From contig VAYM01000109.1 in the NCBI GenBank assembly GCA_005884945.1, positions 6,842-70,841 on the forward strand: DNA of 64,000 nucleotides, read 5' to 3'. A program made the position numbers and the translations under genes. This stretch comes from Actinomycetota bacterium (GTDB lineage Bacteria; Actinomycetota; Thermoleophilia; Gaiellales; Gaiellaceae). Shown here piece by piece: positions 28,717 to 37,542 of the stretch (its first letter is position 1; each line of letters starts with the position of its first letter). A model generated the notes under the pieces. That model was not told the origin of the DNA. It made no database searches and saw nothing but the letters and a program-made list of their open reading frames with translations.

Positions 28717-29673
28717 ATGATGGAGCAGCGGCCGCTCCCAAGTCTTCCCGACGACGACCCGGCGAACGAGCCGCGGCTCGAGCTGCTGCCCGAACCCGCG
28801 GACGAAGTCGACGAGGACGATCGACGCGAGGCCGCCGAGGAAGCGGCCGCCACGCAGGATCCCCTCAAGCTCTACGTCCGTGCGATCGGCGACGGCCCGC
28901 TGCTGACCCCGGCCGAGGAGCGCGAGCTCGCTCGCCGCAAGGACGAGGGCGACGAGGCCGCGAAGAAGAAGCTCATCGAGTCGAACCTCCGCCTCGTCAT
29001 GTCGATCACGCGGAACTACACGAAGGCGGGCGTGCCGCTCCTCGACCTTATCCAGGAGGGCAACCTCGGGCTGATCCGCGCGGTCGAGAAGTTCGATTAC
29101 ACAATGGGCTACAAGCTGTCGACGTATGCGACCTGGTGGATCCGGCAGGCAGTAACGCGCGCCCTCGCCGACCAGGGACGCACGATCCGGCTTCCTGTAC
29201 ACGTCGCGGATCAGGTGCGCAGGCTGATGCGTGCCCGGAGGCAGCTCGCCCAGAAGCTGAACCGCGAGCCGACGCAGGAGGAGCTGGCGACCGAAAGCGG
29301 CTTCACCCCGCAGCGCGTGCAGGAGATGCTCGACCTCGTCGAGGATCCGGTGTCGCTCGAGACGCCTGTCGGCGACGGCGAGAGCATGTACGCCGACCTG
29401 ATCGAGGACGTCAACTCCGACCGCCCTGACCACACGACTGCGATCAAGCTCCGGCGCAAGGAGCTTGCGGAGGCGATGCTCCGCCTGAACCCGCGCATGC
29501 GCCGCGTGCTCGCACTCCGATTCGGGCTCGACGGCGAGCATCCGCAGACCCTCGAAGAGGTCGGCGCGGGCCTCGGCATCACGCGCGAGCGCGTGCGTCA
29601 GCTCGAGTCGCGTGCGCTGCGCGAGCTGCGCACCGTCGCACCGGATCTCGAGCTGTACCTTCGGGCCGAGTAG
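28717..29673 (+). CDS. RNA polymerase sigma-70 family factor (group 1/2 type)
   Basis: Regions 2-4 are present: [67 protein letters not shown]. Confidence 0.9.
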   Translation: MMEQRPLPSLPDDDPANEPRLELLPEPADEVDEDDRREAAEEAAATQDPLKLYVRAIGDGPLLTPAEERELARRKDEGDEAAKKKLIESNLRLVMSITRNYTKAGVPLLDLIQEGNLGLIRAVEKFDYTMGYKLSTYATWWIRQAVTRALADQGRTIRLPVHVADQVRRLMRARRQLAQKLNREPTQEELATESGFTPQRVQEMLDLVEDPVSLETPVGDGESMYADLIEDVNSDRPDHTTAIKLRRKELAEAMLRLNPRMRRVLALRFGLDGEHPQTLEEVGAGLGITRERVRQLESRALRELRTVAPDLELYLRAE

Positions 29674-29686
29674 TTACCGTGCGGGT

Positions 29687-30421
29687 GTGCGGCCCGCGTT
29701 CGTCGACTGCCACAGCCACGTCGTTCCGTCCGGCGATGACGGCGCACCGTCGGTCGAGGCCGGCATCGCGCTCTGCCAGGAAGCGGCGCGACACGGGACG
29801 GAGATCCTCTTCGCAACACCCCACGTGTGGCCGCACCTGACCCTGACTTCGTCACGCGAGGCGGCGATCCGCGAGTCGTACGCGAGCATGCGCGATCACG
29901 TAGGACTCGAGCTGCGCCTCGGCTGGGAGCTCACGCCGACGCCGGACCTGCTCAAGGAAGATCCGCGCCGCTACGTGGTCGAAGGAACAGAGCTGGTGCT
30001 GATGGAAGTCCCGTTCATCGGCGCGGCCGACGACCTCGTCGCGCTCGCAGAGCTGACGGACAGCGCCGGTCTGCGTCCCGTGATCGCCCATCCCGAGCGT
30101 ACGGAAGCGGTGCTCGACCGGCCGGCGCTTGCCGACGAGCTCGCAGAGCGCGGCTGGTTGCTGCAGGTGAACGCGACGTCGCTGCTCGGCCGTCACGGCG
30201 AGGATTCAGCCGACGTCGGCTGGGACCTGCTCGAGCGGGAGGTCGCGACGATCGTGGGATCGGACGGTCACCGTCCTTCACGCCCCCCGCACCTCGATGA
30301 GGCGTACTCGCTCGTCGTCCGCCGCTTCGGCGAAGACCGCGCGCTGCCGTGGTTCGACGGGTCGGCGCTCGGCGTTACGCCGTCACGGACTGCATCTCGC
30401 GCAGCGTCGCGAGGCGTCTGA
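29687..30421 (+). CDS. PHP-domain protein-tyrosine phosphatase (CpsB/YwqE-like)
   Basis: GTG at 29687. [25 protein letters not shown] and GSDGH metal-binding motifs are present. Confidence 0.75.
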   Translation: MRPAFVDCHSHVVPSGDDGAPSVEAGIALCQEAARHGTEILFATPHVWPHLTLTSSREAAIRESYASMRDHVGLELRLGWELTPTPDLLKEDPRRYVVEGTELVLMEVPFIGAADDLVALAELTDSAGLRPVIAHPERTEAVLDRPALADELAERGWLLQVNATSLLGRHGEDSADVGWDLLEREVATIVGSDGHRPSRPPHLDEAYSLVVRRFGEDRALPWFDGSALGVTPSRTASRAASRGV

Positions 30422-31430
30422 GCGACTCGAGCTCGATCTGCCTCACCCGCTCGCGCGTCAGCCCGAGGCGACGCCCGATCTCCTCGAGCGTCTTCGGCTC
30501 GGAGTCGTCGAGGCCGTAGCGAAGGACGAGGACCGACCGCTCACGCTCGGGCAGCGACATCAGCGCCGCGGTCAGCGCCTGTGAGCGGAGCGAGACCTCG
30601 ACCTCTTCCTCCGGCAGCGGATCGTCACCCGCGACGAAGTCGCCGAAGACGGCGTCATCCTGTTCGCCGACCGGCTGGTCGAGCGACGCGGACGCCCGCG
30701 CGGCCGCCCGTACCTCGTGCGCCTGTTGAATTGGCAGCGACGCTTCCTCCGCGATCTCTTCCAGCGTCGGCTCGCGTCCGAGCTGCGTCCAGAGCGTGCG
30801 CTCGGCGCGGTTCATCTTCTGCAGGCGCTCGACGATGTGCACGGGCATGCGGATCGTGCGTGCCTTGTCCGCGAGTGCCCGCGCGACCGCCTGCCGGATC
30901 CACCACGTCGCGTACGTCGAAAACTTGTAGCCGCGCCGCCAGTCGAACTTCTCGACGGCGCGAATCAACCCCAGCGTTCCCTCTTGGATCAGGTCGAGAA
31001 ACGGAAGGCCCTGGTTGCGGTAGTTCTTCGCGATCGAAACGACGAGGCGGAGGTTCGACTGGATCATCCGCTGCTTCGCCTCGACGTCGCCGCGTTCGAT
31101 CTTCTTCGCGAGCTCGACCTCCTGTGCCGCTGTGAGGAGCGCGTGCCGCCCTGCCTCGCGCAGGAAGAGCTGGAGTGCGTCGGTCGTCGTCTCGTACGAG
31201 GTCTGGAGCGGGGGAGGGGGCGGCTCCTTCTCCTTTTCCTTCTCCTCGACGAGGTCGATCGCACGGCGGTCGAGCTCCGCGTAGAGCGCATCCGTCTCGA
31301 GCGCGTCGAGCTGATGGAGGTCAATCGCGTCGACCACGTCGGACCGGTGAATCGAACCGGTCGACTCGGCATTCTCCAGCAGCAGCTGGATCTCCTCGTG
31401 CTGGAGAATCGTCTCGATCTCGACCGTCAT
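30375..31430 (-). CDS. rpoD: RNA polymerase sigma factor RpoD-like (probable principal sigma)
   Basis: Start at MTVEIETIL. Has an acidic N-terminus, then [46 protein letters not shown] and [20 protein letters not shown]. Confidence 0.88.
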   Translation of the reverse strand: MTVEIETILQHEEIQLLLENAESTGSIHRSDVVDAIDLHQLDALETDALYAELDRRAIDLVEEKEKEKEPPPPPLQTSYETTTDALQLFLREAGRHALLTAAQEVELAKKIERGDVEAKQRMIQSNLRLVVSIAKNYRNQGLPFLDLIQEGTLGLIRAVEKFDWRRGYKFSTYATWWIRQAVARALADKARTIRMPVHIVERLQKMNRAERTLWTQLGREPTLEEIAEEASLPIQQAHEVRAAARASASLDQPVGEQDDAVFGDFVAGDDPLPEEEVEVSLRSQALTAALMSLPERERSVLVLRYGLDDSEPKTLEEIGRRLGLTRERVRQIELESLRRLATLREMQSVTA

Positions 31431-31527
31431 CGTTCCGCCAGCCTTCGGTTGCCGTGGGCGCGCAAACCCAAACCCGGCGACACTCGCAAACGCAGCGCCC
31501 GCGGTCAACCCTTTAGTCTGCGTCGCC

Positions 31528-33480
31528 GTGCCAGGGATGGTGCCGGAAGACGTCTTCGCGCTCACCGGTGTCGCCGATCCACGCCTGCACCCGGACGGGA
31601 ACCGGATCGCGTACGTCGTCTGGTGGATCGACGAAGAGGACAGGGAGTATCGGAGCGCGATCTGGCTCGCGGCCCGCGACGGCTCGTCACCGCCGCGTCG
31701 GCTCACCGCCGGCGAGAAGCGTGACTCGCAGCCCCGCTGGTCGCCCGACGGCACGAAGCTCGCTTTCGTGTCGAGCCGCGGAGAGGAGAAGTCCTCGGGA
31801 CAGATCTACGTTCTCCCGGTCGACGGAGGCGAGGCCCAGAAGCTGACGGATCTGAAGGAGGACCCGGCTGAGCTTGTGTGGTCGCCCGACGGGACGCGGA
31901 TCGCGTTCATGGCACGCGTCCGGGACGAGGCGTACGACGAGGAGGACGACCGGAAGCGAGCGCCTCGTCGCTTCCGCCGGCTGAGCTACAAGCTCGACAA
32001 CATCGGCTGGACCGGCGACCGTCGACAGCACCTGTTCGTGGTGGCCGCCGACGGCAGCGGCGAGCCAAGGCAGCTGACGGACGGCGACTTCGAGGACGGT
32101 TCGCCTTCGTGGTCGCCCGACGGCTCGCAGCTCGCCTTCGTCTCGGCGCGTGACGAGGACTGGGACGTGACCACCGTCAGCGACGCGTACGTGGTCGCGT
32201 CGGACGGTTCGGGGGAGCCTCGGAAGATCACAGGGTCCGAGGGCTCAGTCGACGCCGTGGTCTGGTCGCCGAACAGCCCCGAGATCGCCGTCGTCTACAC
32301 CGCCGGCGTGTTCGACTTTCCGCGCCACGCACAGATCGGGATCGTGCCGGCAACGGGTGGGGAGATCCGGCTGCTCACGACGTCGCTCGACCGGAACTGT
32401 TCTCCGTTCCCGTCTATCCGCAGTCCGGCATGGGACGGCGATCGCGTGGTCTTCCTGGTCGAGGAGGCCGGAAACGTGCACATGTATGCGGTCGCCGCCG
32501 AGGGCAGCGCCCGCCCTGAGCTCCTGCTCAGAGGCGAACAGGTCGTCACGGGTTTCGACGTGGTCGACGGCCGCTTCGTCCATTCCGCTGCGACGTCGAC
32601 GACGCTGCCCGAGCTCTACGCGGGCGAGGAACGTCTGACGGAGGTCGGCGCCCCGTTCGCCGAAGCCCGCGAACTCGTGCGGGCCGAGCGCTTCTCCGCG
32701 AGCTCCGCCGACGGGTCGGAGGTCGACTGCTGGATCGTCAAGCCAGCGGGTTACCAGGCCGGGACGAAGTACCCGACGCTGCTGTCGATCCACGGCGGTC
32801 CGTTCACGCAGTACACGACCGGCTTCTTCGATGAGTTCCAGGTCTATGCGGGCGCGGGCTACGCCGTCGTCTACGCGAACCCTCGCGGCTCTTCCGGCTA
32901 CTCGGAGGACTGGGGCCGCGCGATTCGCGGCCCGTCGAACGGCCAAGGACCCGGCTGGGGCACGGTCGACTACGAGGATCTGATGGGGGCGGTCGAGACC
33001 GCGATCGAGCGCTTCGATTTCGTCGACCCGCAGCGGCTCGGGGTCCTCGGCGGCTCGTACGGCGGCTACATGACGAGCTGGATCGTGGGGCACACGAACC
33101 GGTTCAAGGCGGCCTGCTCCGAACGGGCCGTGAACAACCTCGTGTCGGCCTATGGCTCCAGCGACGTCTTCTGGGCCTTTGCCGGAACACTCGGCTCGTT
33201 TCTCTACGACGACTTCGACGCCTGGGTCGAGCGCTCGCCGTCCCGCTACGCCCGGAACATCGAGACGCCGCTCCTCGTGATGCACTCCGAGAACGACCTT
33301 CGCTGCTCGATCGAGCAGGCGGAGCATCTCTTCATCACGTTGCGTCTCGCCGGCAAGGAGGTCGAGTTCGTGCGCTTCCCGGTCGAGTCGCACGAGCTGT
33401 CGCGCTCGGGGTCGCCGACCCATCGCGTTCAGCGCTTCGAGATCCTGCTCGAGTGGTTCGACCGGCACCTCAAGCCCTGA
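31528..33480 (+). CDS. S9-family serine peptidase (acylaminoacyl-peptidase/prolyl-oligopeptidase type)
   Basis: WD-like beta-propeller repeats (WSPDG x several) are followed by an alpha/beta hydrolase domain with GGSYGGYM and ESHEL. Confidence 0.88.
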   Translation: MPGMVPEDVFALTGVADPRLHPDGNRIAYVVWWIDEEDREYRSAIWLAARDGSSPPRRLTAGEKRDSQPRWSPDGTKLAFVSSRGEEKSSGQIYVLPVDGGEAQKLTDLKEDPAELVWSPDGTRIAFMARVRDEAYDEEDDRKRAPRRFRRLSYKLDNIGWTGDRRQHLFVVAADGSGEPRQLTDGDFEDGSPSWSPDGSQLAFVSARDEDWDVTTVSDAYVVASDGSGEPRKITGSEGSVDAVVWSPNSPEIAVVYTAGVFDFPRHAQIGIVPATGGEIRLLTTSLDRNCSPFPSIRSPAWDGDRVVFLVEEAGNVHMYAVAAEGSARPELLLRGEQVVTGFDVVDGRFVHSAATSTTLPELYAGEERLTEVGAPFAEARELVRAERFSASSADGSEVDCWIVKPAGYQAGTKYPTLLSIHGGPFTQYTTGFFDEFQVYAGAGYAVVYANPRGSSGYSEDWGRAIRGPSNGQGPGWGTVDYEDLMGAVETAIERFDFVDPQRLGVLGGSYGGYMTSWIVGHTNRFKAACSERAVNNLVSAYGSSDVFWAFAGTLGSFLYDDFDAWVERSPSRYARNIETPLLVMHSENDLRCSIEQAEHLFITLRLAGKEVEFVRFPVESHELSRSGSPTHRVQRFEILLEWFDRHLKP

Positions 33481-33599
33481 GCAGGCCGATGCACGAGAAC
33501 CGGCGTTATGTCAAGTTGGGGCGCGCCGCCTGCGGCGACCTCTCAAGCGACTACGCCCCATCGAGCCTCAACCACCATCCAGGAATTGGTCAAGAAGGC

Positions 33600-33654
33600 G
33601 GTCTGATCTGACCGGTCTGACCAGTCAGGTCTGGCTGGCTAGTCAGGTCAGACC
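33600..33654. repeat. cluster of short direct and inverted repeats
   Basis: GGTCTGA at 33600 and 33614, and GGTCTGG at 33628. AGTCAGGTC occurs at 33623 and 33641. GGTCTGACC (33614-33622) is the inverted partner of GGTCAGACC (33646-33654). GACCGGTC is a palindrome. Confidence 0.8.
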
Positions 33655-33704
33655 AACGCCTTCACGCCCCAGGACGCGGCAAACGAATCAATCGTGCAAT
33701 GGCC

Positions 33705-33747
33705 TTTCCACAGACCTGTCCACAGCTGCAAAAAAAGCTGTGGAAAT
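33705..33747. other. AT-rich segment with three TCCACA (DnaA-box-like) motifs and a hairpin around an A-run
   Basis: TTTCCACA at 33705-33712, CTGTCCACA at 33716-33724 and TGTGGAAAT at 33739-33747 (reverse). CCACAGC (33720-26) pairs with GCTGTGG (33737-43). Local GC is about 45%, against about 70% in the flanks. Confidence 0.45.
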
Positions 33748-33797
33748 ATTGAAAAAAGGAAAAACCGCAAATTGCGGCCATGGCGTTTGCAGACGCC

Positions 33798-33826
33798 TTG
33801 AACGTCCCTCTTGCATTTCGTAGCGT
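33798..33826 (+). promoter_or_regulatory. candidate sigma-70-type promoter TTGAAC-N17-TAGCGT
   Basis: The -35 TTGAAC lies at 33798-33803, followed by a 17-nt spacer and a TANNNT-type -10 at 33821-33826. It would drive a leader of about 240 nt ahead of the ORF at 34076. This is a pattern match only. Confidence 0.3.
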
Positions 33827-33992
33827 GGTGATTGCGCCGAGCACGGAGCGCAAGTAGGTCGAAACCGAGTCCGAAGGCAGTACGGGGCCGTCGCAAGACG
33901 GAAGCGGAAGGTCAGCGGAAGCGGTGGACGAAAGCGAAACCGGCTCGGCGACTTTTTATGGTCCAGCGCGTAGCGCCCTGTCCGCGACGCGG

Positions 33993-34026
33993 ACGAAGGG
34001 GTCTGAGGGACGAAGGGGTCTGAGGG
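33993..34026 (+). repeat. perfect tandem duplication, 2 x 17 nt (ACGAAGGGGTCTGAGGG)
   Basis: Units at 33993-34009 and 34010-34026 are identical. They are directly followed by the hairpin GGGAACC-GGGA-GGTTCCC (34024-34041, GNRA-type loop). Confidence 0.9.
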
Positions 34027-34075
34027 AACCGGGAGGTTCCCCCGGCCGCCGTCTCGGCGCTTTAGAGTCGCCTCT

Positions 34076-34261
34076 GTGCACCTCCGCCCGCCCAGCATCG
34101 ACCGAGGCGTGACGTCGTTCCTGTGGGCGCTCGGCCTCGCGCTCTTCATCTGGCTCGGGCTGATGGGCATCGGCGTCCACAGAGGCACGGCGCTGATGGT
34201 CGCGCTGCTCTCGTTCGGCGCGATCTTCCTCTACGTCCGCACGCAGGGCGGCGACACGTAG
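34076..34261 (+). CDS. small hypothetical two-helix membrane protein (61 aa)
   Basis: GTG start, very high third-position GC and two hydrophobic helices (FLWALGLALFIWLGLMGIGV, ALMVALLSFGAIFLYV). There is no obvious Shine-Dalgarno. Confidence 0.5.
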   Translation: MHLRPPSIDRGVTSFLWALGLALFIWLGLMGIGVHRGTALMVALLSFGAIFLYVRTQGGDT

Positions 34262-34266
34262 CGAAG

Positions 34267-34467
34267 CTAGGCGGCGAGCTTGACGCGCTCGCGGTTTCGC
34301 CGCGCCAGTGCCACCACGAGGAAGCGGGCGAGGTCGCCCCCGACCTCCCGCTCCAGGCGGTTGAACGCAGGAGGCCGTGTGTCGTCGAGGCGCGTCAGCC
34401 CGGCGCAGTGCTCCAGGAGGAGATCCGGCCCTCTCCTCCCGTGAATCGACGTCGAGGGGTCTTTCAT
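34267..34467 (-). CDS. hypothetical protein (66 aa)
   Basis: ATG at 34467 and third-position GC near 85%. No family recognised. The longer version starting at 34572 is less convincing. Confidence 0.35.
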   Translation of the reverse strand: MKDPSTSIHGRRGPDLLLEHCAGLTRLDDTRPPAFNRLEREVGGDLARFLVVALARRNRERVKLAA

Positions 34468-34580
34468 GACGCCGTTGGTATCGACGGCCTGGCCCGGCCC
34501 GGTGATCCCTTGAGGGAGGCTAAAGGCAACGCCGAGGCCGCCCCTCGGTCGAGCAGAGGGGCGGCACGGCATCCGGTTGG

Positions 34581-35171
34581 CTAGGCGTCGTCCGGCGTCC
34601 GGGTCGCGCCGACCGACTCGCGATTGCGCCCGCGGAGGGACCGGCCGCGCGGCGCCGTCCCGACCTCTTCGCGCTCGGCGGTCACCGGCTCGTCCGATGC
34701 ACGGCGATCGACGGCCGCCCCGCGACCCGCAGCCGGGGCCACCCGGCGGCGCGGGCCGGTCGTGTCGAACGAGAACCCGAACACGAGCCCGATTCCGAAC
34801 GCCAAGACCGCGACGTACTCCTTGAGGTCGTTCACGAGACCGCGAATGTGCAGATCACCGGACCACGCGAGCACGTGGCGGTGGACCCAGGCGGTGCCCG
34901 GCTCTGCGGCCAGGACGATCCACAGCGACGCGACCGCGATCGGCACGAACGCGATCAGGAGAAACGGGGCCGATAGGCGCGGCGAGCCCCACTTCGTCCA
35001 CCCGCCGAGGAGCTGGGACAACGCCATCACGAGCCCGGCCCCGGCGATCAGTCCGTAGACGGCCCAGAAGCCGCCGCGGGAGTGGTCGTTGATCTGGGTC
35101 GCGAACCAGATGAGCAGCCCGGCAACGGCCGCCGCGATCAGCGTCGTGGTCGCACGGGTCAGTCCATACAT
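34581..35171 (-). CDS. hypothetical membrane protein with a disordered Arg-rich tail
   Basis: Start at MYGLTRATT, with GAGGTGA upstream. About four TM helices. This is the real gene inside shadow ORF 34581-35693. Confidence 0.6.
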   Translation of the reverse strand: MYGLTRATTTLIAAAVAGLLIWFATQINDHSRGGFWAVYGLIAGAGLVMALSQLLGGWTKWGSPRLSAPFLLIAFVPIAVASLWIVLAAEPGTAWVHRHVLAWSGDLHIRGLVNDLKEYVAVLAFGIGLVFGFSFDTTGPRRRVAPAAGRGAAVDRRASDEPVTAEREEVGTAPRGRSLRGRNRESVGATRTPDDA

Positions 35172-35233
35172 TCGATCACCTCGTTCCGTTGTGGCAAAGG
35201 GGTTTTCCCCCTCGCGCTTAGAACGGAACGTGC

Positions 35234-35830
35234 CTAGATATCGATGCGCCGGGCGTCGAAACGCGCCGAGTAGAGCTCCTCGCGGAACTCCTCGATCATC
35301 CGGGCCCTGTCCTCGGCGAACAGGTGCTCGACGACCCGGATCTCCGCGTCGTTGTGCCACGGCACGTCGACGTGCTGGTGGGAGACGAGGTTCACCGACG
35401 TCCGCTGGCACGCCGGACACTGGACGGCGAGGCCGAGCGAGCCGTCGCCGGGCGCGAGCAGGAAGAACGACGAGGGAAAGACGGGACGAGGGCGCTCCTC
35501 CGGGTAACAGAAGAAGCTCCACGGCCACTCCCCCGCCTGAAGGCGGCGGACGGCCGCGTCCTCGAGCTCCGCGGCGACGCTGTCGAGCTTCGACGTCATG
35601 AAGTTGAAGAAGACGCCGCCGTCGAGCCCGAGCGGCGCCCAGTCGAGGTCGTCGTGCGACACGAGCCCCTCGTGCTCCTCCCCGCATCCGCACTCGAAGA
35701 GCACGCGATACACCGCCGGGTGCGCGGCGCCCGGTAGACGCTCGAGCTGCCGGAACGCCGACAACGTCACGCGCGCCTCGCCGCGCGCGGGACAGGCAAA
35801 CGTGAATCGTCCTGTGAGCGCGTCGTACAT
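35234..35830 (-). CDS. hypothetical Cys/His-rich protein (198 aa)
   Basis: Start at MYDALTGRFTFACP. Cys pairs occur at FACP, ECGCGEEHEG and QCPACQ. Coding-like composition, no family recognised. Confidence 0.6.
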   Translation of the reverse strand: MYDALTGRFTFACPARGEARVTLSAFRQLERLPGAAHPAVYRVLFECGCGEEHEGLVSHDDLDWAPLGLDGGVFFNFMTSKLDSVAAELEDAAVRRLQAGEWPWSFFCYPEERPRPVFPSSFFLLAPGDGSLGLAVQCPACQRTSVNLVSHQHVDVPWHNDAEIRVVEHLFAEDRARMIEEFREELYSARFDARRIDI

Positions 35831-35866
35831 GGTCGCTTTCTTAATCGGCGACCCGGACGTCAAACC

Positions 35867-36382
35867 TCAGTACTCGATCAGGGCGCGCAGGTCGTAGTCG
35901 GACAGCCGTTCCCGGCCGTTGAGGAACGTGAGCTCGATCAGGAAACAGCAGCCGACGACGACGCCGCCGAGCTTCTCGACGAGCTGCTTCGCGATCGCCT
36001 CGACCGTTCCCCCCGTCGCGAGCACGTCGTCGTGGATCAGCACGCGTGTCCCCTCCGGGACCATCTGCGGATGCAGCTCGAGCGCGTTCTGTCCGTACTC
36101 GAGCGCGTAGGTCGCGCTCACGGTCTCCGGGGGAAGCTTCCCCGGGCGCCGTGCGGGCACGAACCCACAACCGATCTCGCGCGCGATCGCCGCTCCGAGG
36201 ATGAAGCCCCGTGCCTCGGCACCGAGCACGAGGTCGGGCTTGCGTTCCTTCCCCCACTCCGCGAGACGGTCGATCGAGTACGCGAGCGCTTCCGGATCCG
36301 AGAGGAGCGGCGTCACATCCTTGAAGCTGACGCCTGGCTGCGGCCAGTCCGGGACCTCGCGGACTTTCTCGGCGAGGTTCAC
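35867..36382 (-). CDS. apt: adenine phosphoribosyltransferase
   Basis: PQPGVSFKDVTPLL, EARGFILG and the PRPP motif VLIHDDVLATGGT. GTG start at 36382. Confidence 0.92.
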   Translation of the reverse strand: MNLAEKVREVPDWPQPGVSFKDVTPLLSDPEALAYSIDRLAEWGKERKPDLVLGAEARGFILGAAIAREIGCGFVPARRPGKLPPETVSATYALEYGQNALELHPQMVPEGTRVLIHDDVLATGGTVEAIAKQLVEKLGGVVVGCCFLIELTFLNGRERLSDYDLRALIEY

Positions 36383-36386
36383 CCGC

Positions 36387-37070
36387 TTATGTTGACGCAA
36401 GCCGCCGCAGCGCGCGCAGGAACAACCGCTGCATGAGCTCTTGCGCCTGTGCGCCGAGCAGCTCGAGATCCTCGGCCGCGCCACGCCGACGCTCGGCGCT
36501 GCGCGAGCGAAGGGCGGGGCCGATGATCGCCTCGATCAGCCCGGCCTCGCGCTCCGCGGCCGACCGAAAGGTGCGGAGGTGCCGCGGGTCGATGCCGAAG
36601 CGAGCCAGCTGTCCGCACGCGGCGGCGATGTCCACCTCGAGCTCGCCGTAGAGGCGCTGACCCCCAATGGAGCGGCCGTGAACGAGCCCGAACTCCTCGA
36701 GCTCGCGCGCGAGACGGGCATCGATGCCAGCGCGCTCGCAGAGCTCCGGGAGGTCGACCTCTTCCTCTTCCGCGCCGCTGCCGAGCGCGCGCCGGCGACG
36801 CCGCTCGGTCGAGCCGGGCGCGGCGAGCTCTTGGCGGATGACGCGGAGCGGCAGGAACTCGTCACGCTGGAGCCGCAGAATCGTCTCGAGCCGCTCGACG
36901 TCGTCCTCGCTGAACATCCGGTAACCGCCCTGCGTCCGGCGCGGGGCGAGGAGACCCTGGTCCTCGAGGTAGCGGATCTTCGAGATCGTGATGTCCGGGA
37001 ACTCCTCCTTGAGCATCCCGCAGACGGTCCCGATCGTGAGCAGCCTCGGTTTCGACGCGGTGGCACTCAT
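36387..37070 (-). CDS. MerR-family transcriptional regulator
   Basis: HTH LTIGTVCGMLKEEFPDITISKIRYLEDQGLLAPRRTQGGYRMFSEDDVERL. The ATGA overlaps the upstream FHA gene. The FHA-MerR pairing matches the actinobacterial garA-region synteny. Confidence 0.85.
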   Translation of the reverse strand: MSATASKPRLLTIGTVCGMLKEEFPDITISKIRYLEDQGLLAPRRTQGGYRMFSEDDVERLETILRLQRDEFLPLRVIRQELAAPGSTERRRRRALGSGAEEEEVDLPELCERAGIDARLARELEEFGLVHGRSIGGQRLYGELEVDIAAACGQLARFGIDPRHLRTFRSAAEREAGLIEAIIGPALRSRSAERRRGAAEDLELLGAQAQELMQRLFLRALRRLAST

Positions 37071-37531
37071 CGGTTCAGGAACGTCAGCCGGTACTTGCCG
37101 ATCTGGAGCTCGTCGCCGTCCTCGAGCTCGGCGGCTTCGACGCGCCTCCGATTGACGAACGTCCCGTTCAGGCTCCCCTGGTCCTCGATCCGGAACGTGC
37201 CGTTCGCGTTCGTCAGCACGGCGTGCTTGCGCGACACGGTGACGTCGTCGAGGAAGATGCCGCATTCGGGCGAGCGGCCGATCGTCGTCTCCGCCGCTTC
37301 CGCGCTGAAGGTCTCCCCCGCCCTGCCGCCGCCCGAGCGCACGACGAGCGCCGGCCCTTTCACGCCGAGGTCCTCGAGCACCGCCTCCGGAGAGCCGTCC
37401 CCCTCGTCGGGCGTGAACGTCTGCGTGGCCTCGCCGGGCGCGTCCTTCACGAGCAAGGCGCCGCAGCGGGAGCAGTAGTTCGCGGATTCCGGGTTCTGGA
37501 AGCCGCACTCCTGACAGTAGACGTGCGACAC
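37067..37531 (-). CDS. FHA-domain protein with an N-terminal zinc ribbon (GarA/OdhI-like)
   Basis: CQECG...CSRCG ribbon, followed by an FHA core TIGRSPECGIFLDDVTVSRKHAVL...GSLNGTFVN. Confidence 0.88.
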   Translation of the reverse strand: MSHVYCQECGFQNPESANYCSRCGALLVKDAPGEATQTFTPDEGDGSPEAVLEDLGVKGPALVVRSGGGRAGETFSAEAAETTIGRSPECGIFLDDVTVSRKHAVLTNANGTFRIEDQGSLNGTFVNRRRVEAAELEDGDELQIGKYRLTFLNR

Positions 37532-37542
37532 GGTGAGGTGGC

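Noticed and set aside
30375-30421. The 47-nt convergent overlap of the tyrosine-phosphatase and rpoD-like 3' ends. I considered a misannotation or an antisense regulatory arrangement.
   Set aside because: Both ORFs show family similarity to their ends. Short convergent overlaps are common in compact high-GC genomes.
33705-33747. The three DnaA-box-like motifs plus AT-rich DNA considered as the chromosomal origin (oriC).
   Set aside because: There are only three boxes, no dnaA, dnaN or gyrB nearby, and no way to test GC skew from 64 kb. It is reported as a low-confidence possibility and not called as a feature.
33993-34026. Tandem 17-nt repeat considered as a possible CRISPR or minisatellite.
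   Set aside because: There are only two directly abutting copies, no spacers and no cas genes in the window. I kept it as a feature of the candidate structured RNA instead.
33481-34075. The structured intergenic region considered as RNase P RNA, tmRNA, SRP/4.5S RNA, or a cobalamin, TPP, guanidine, c-di-GMP or c-di-AMP riboswitch.
   Set aside because: The hallmark conserved strings I can recall are absent. These include GAGGAAAGUCC, the tmRNA tRNA-like ends, GGAAGCAGCC of SRP, the B12 box, and CUGAGA plus ACCUGAUCUGG of TPP. Only fragmentary resemblances occur. Class is left open pending an Rfam scan.
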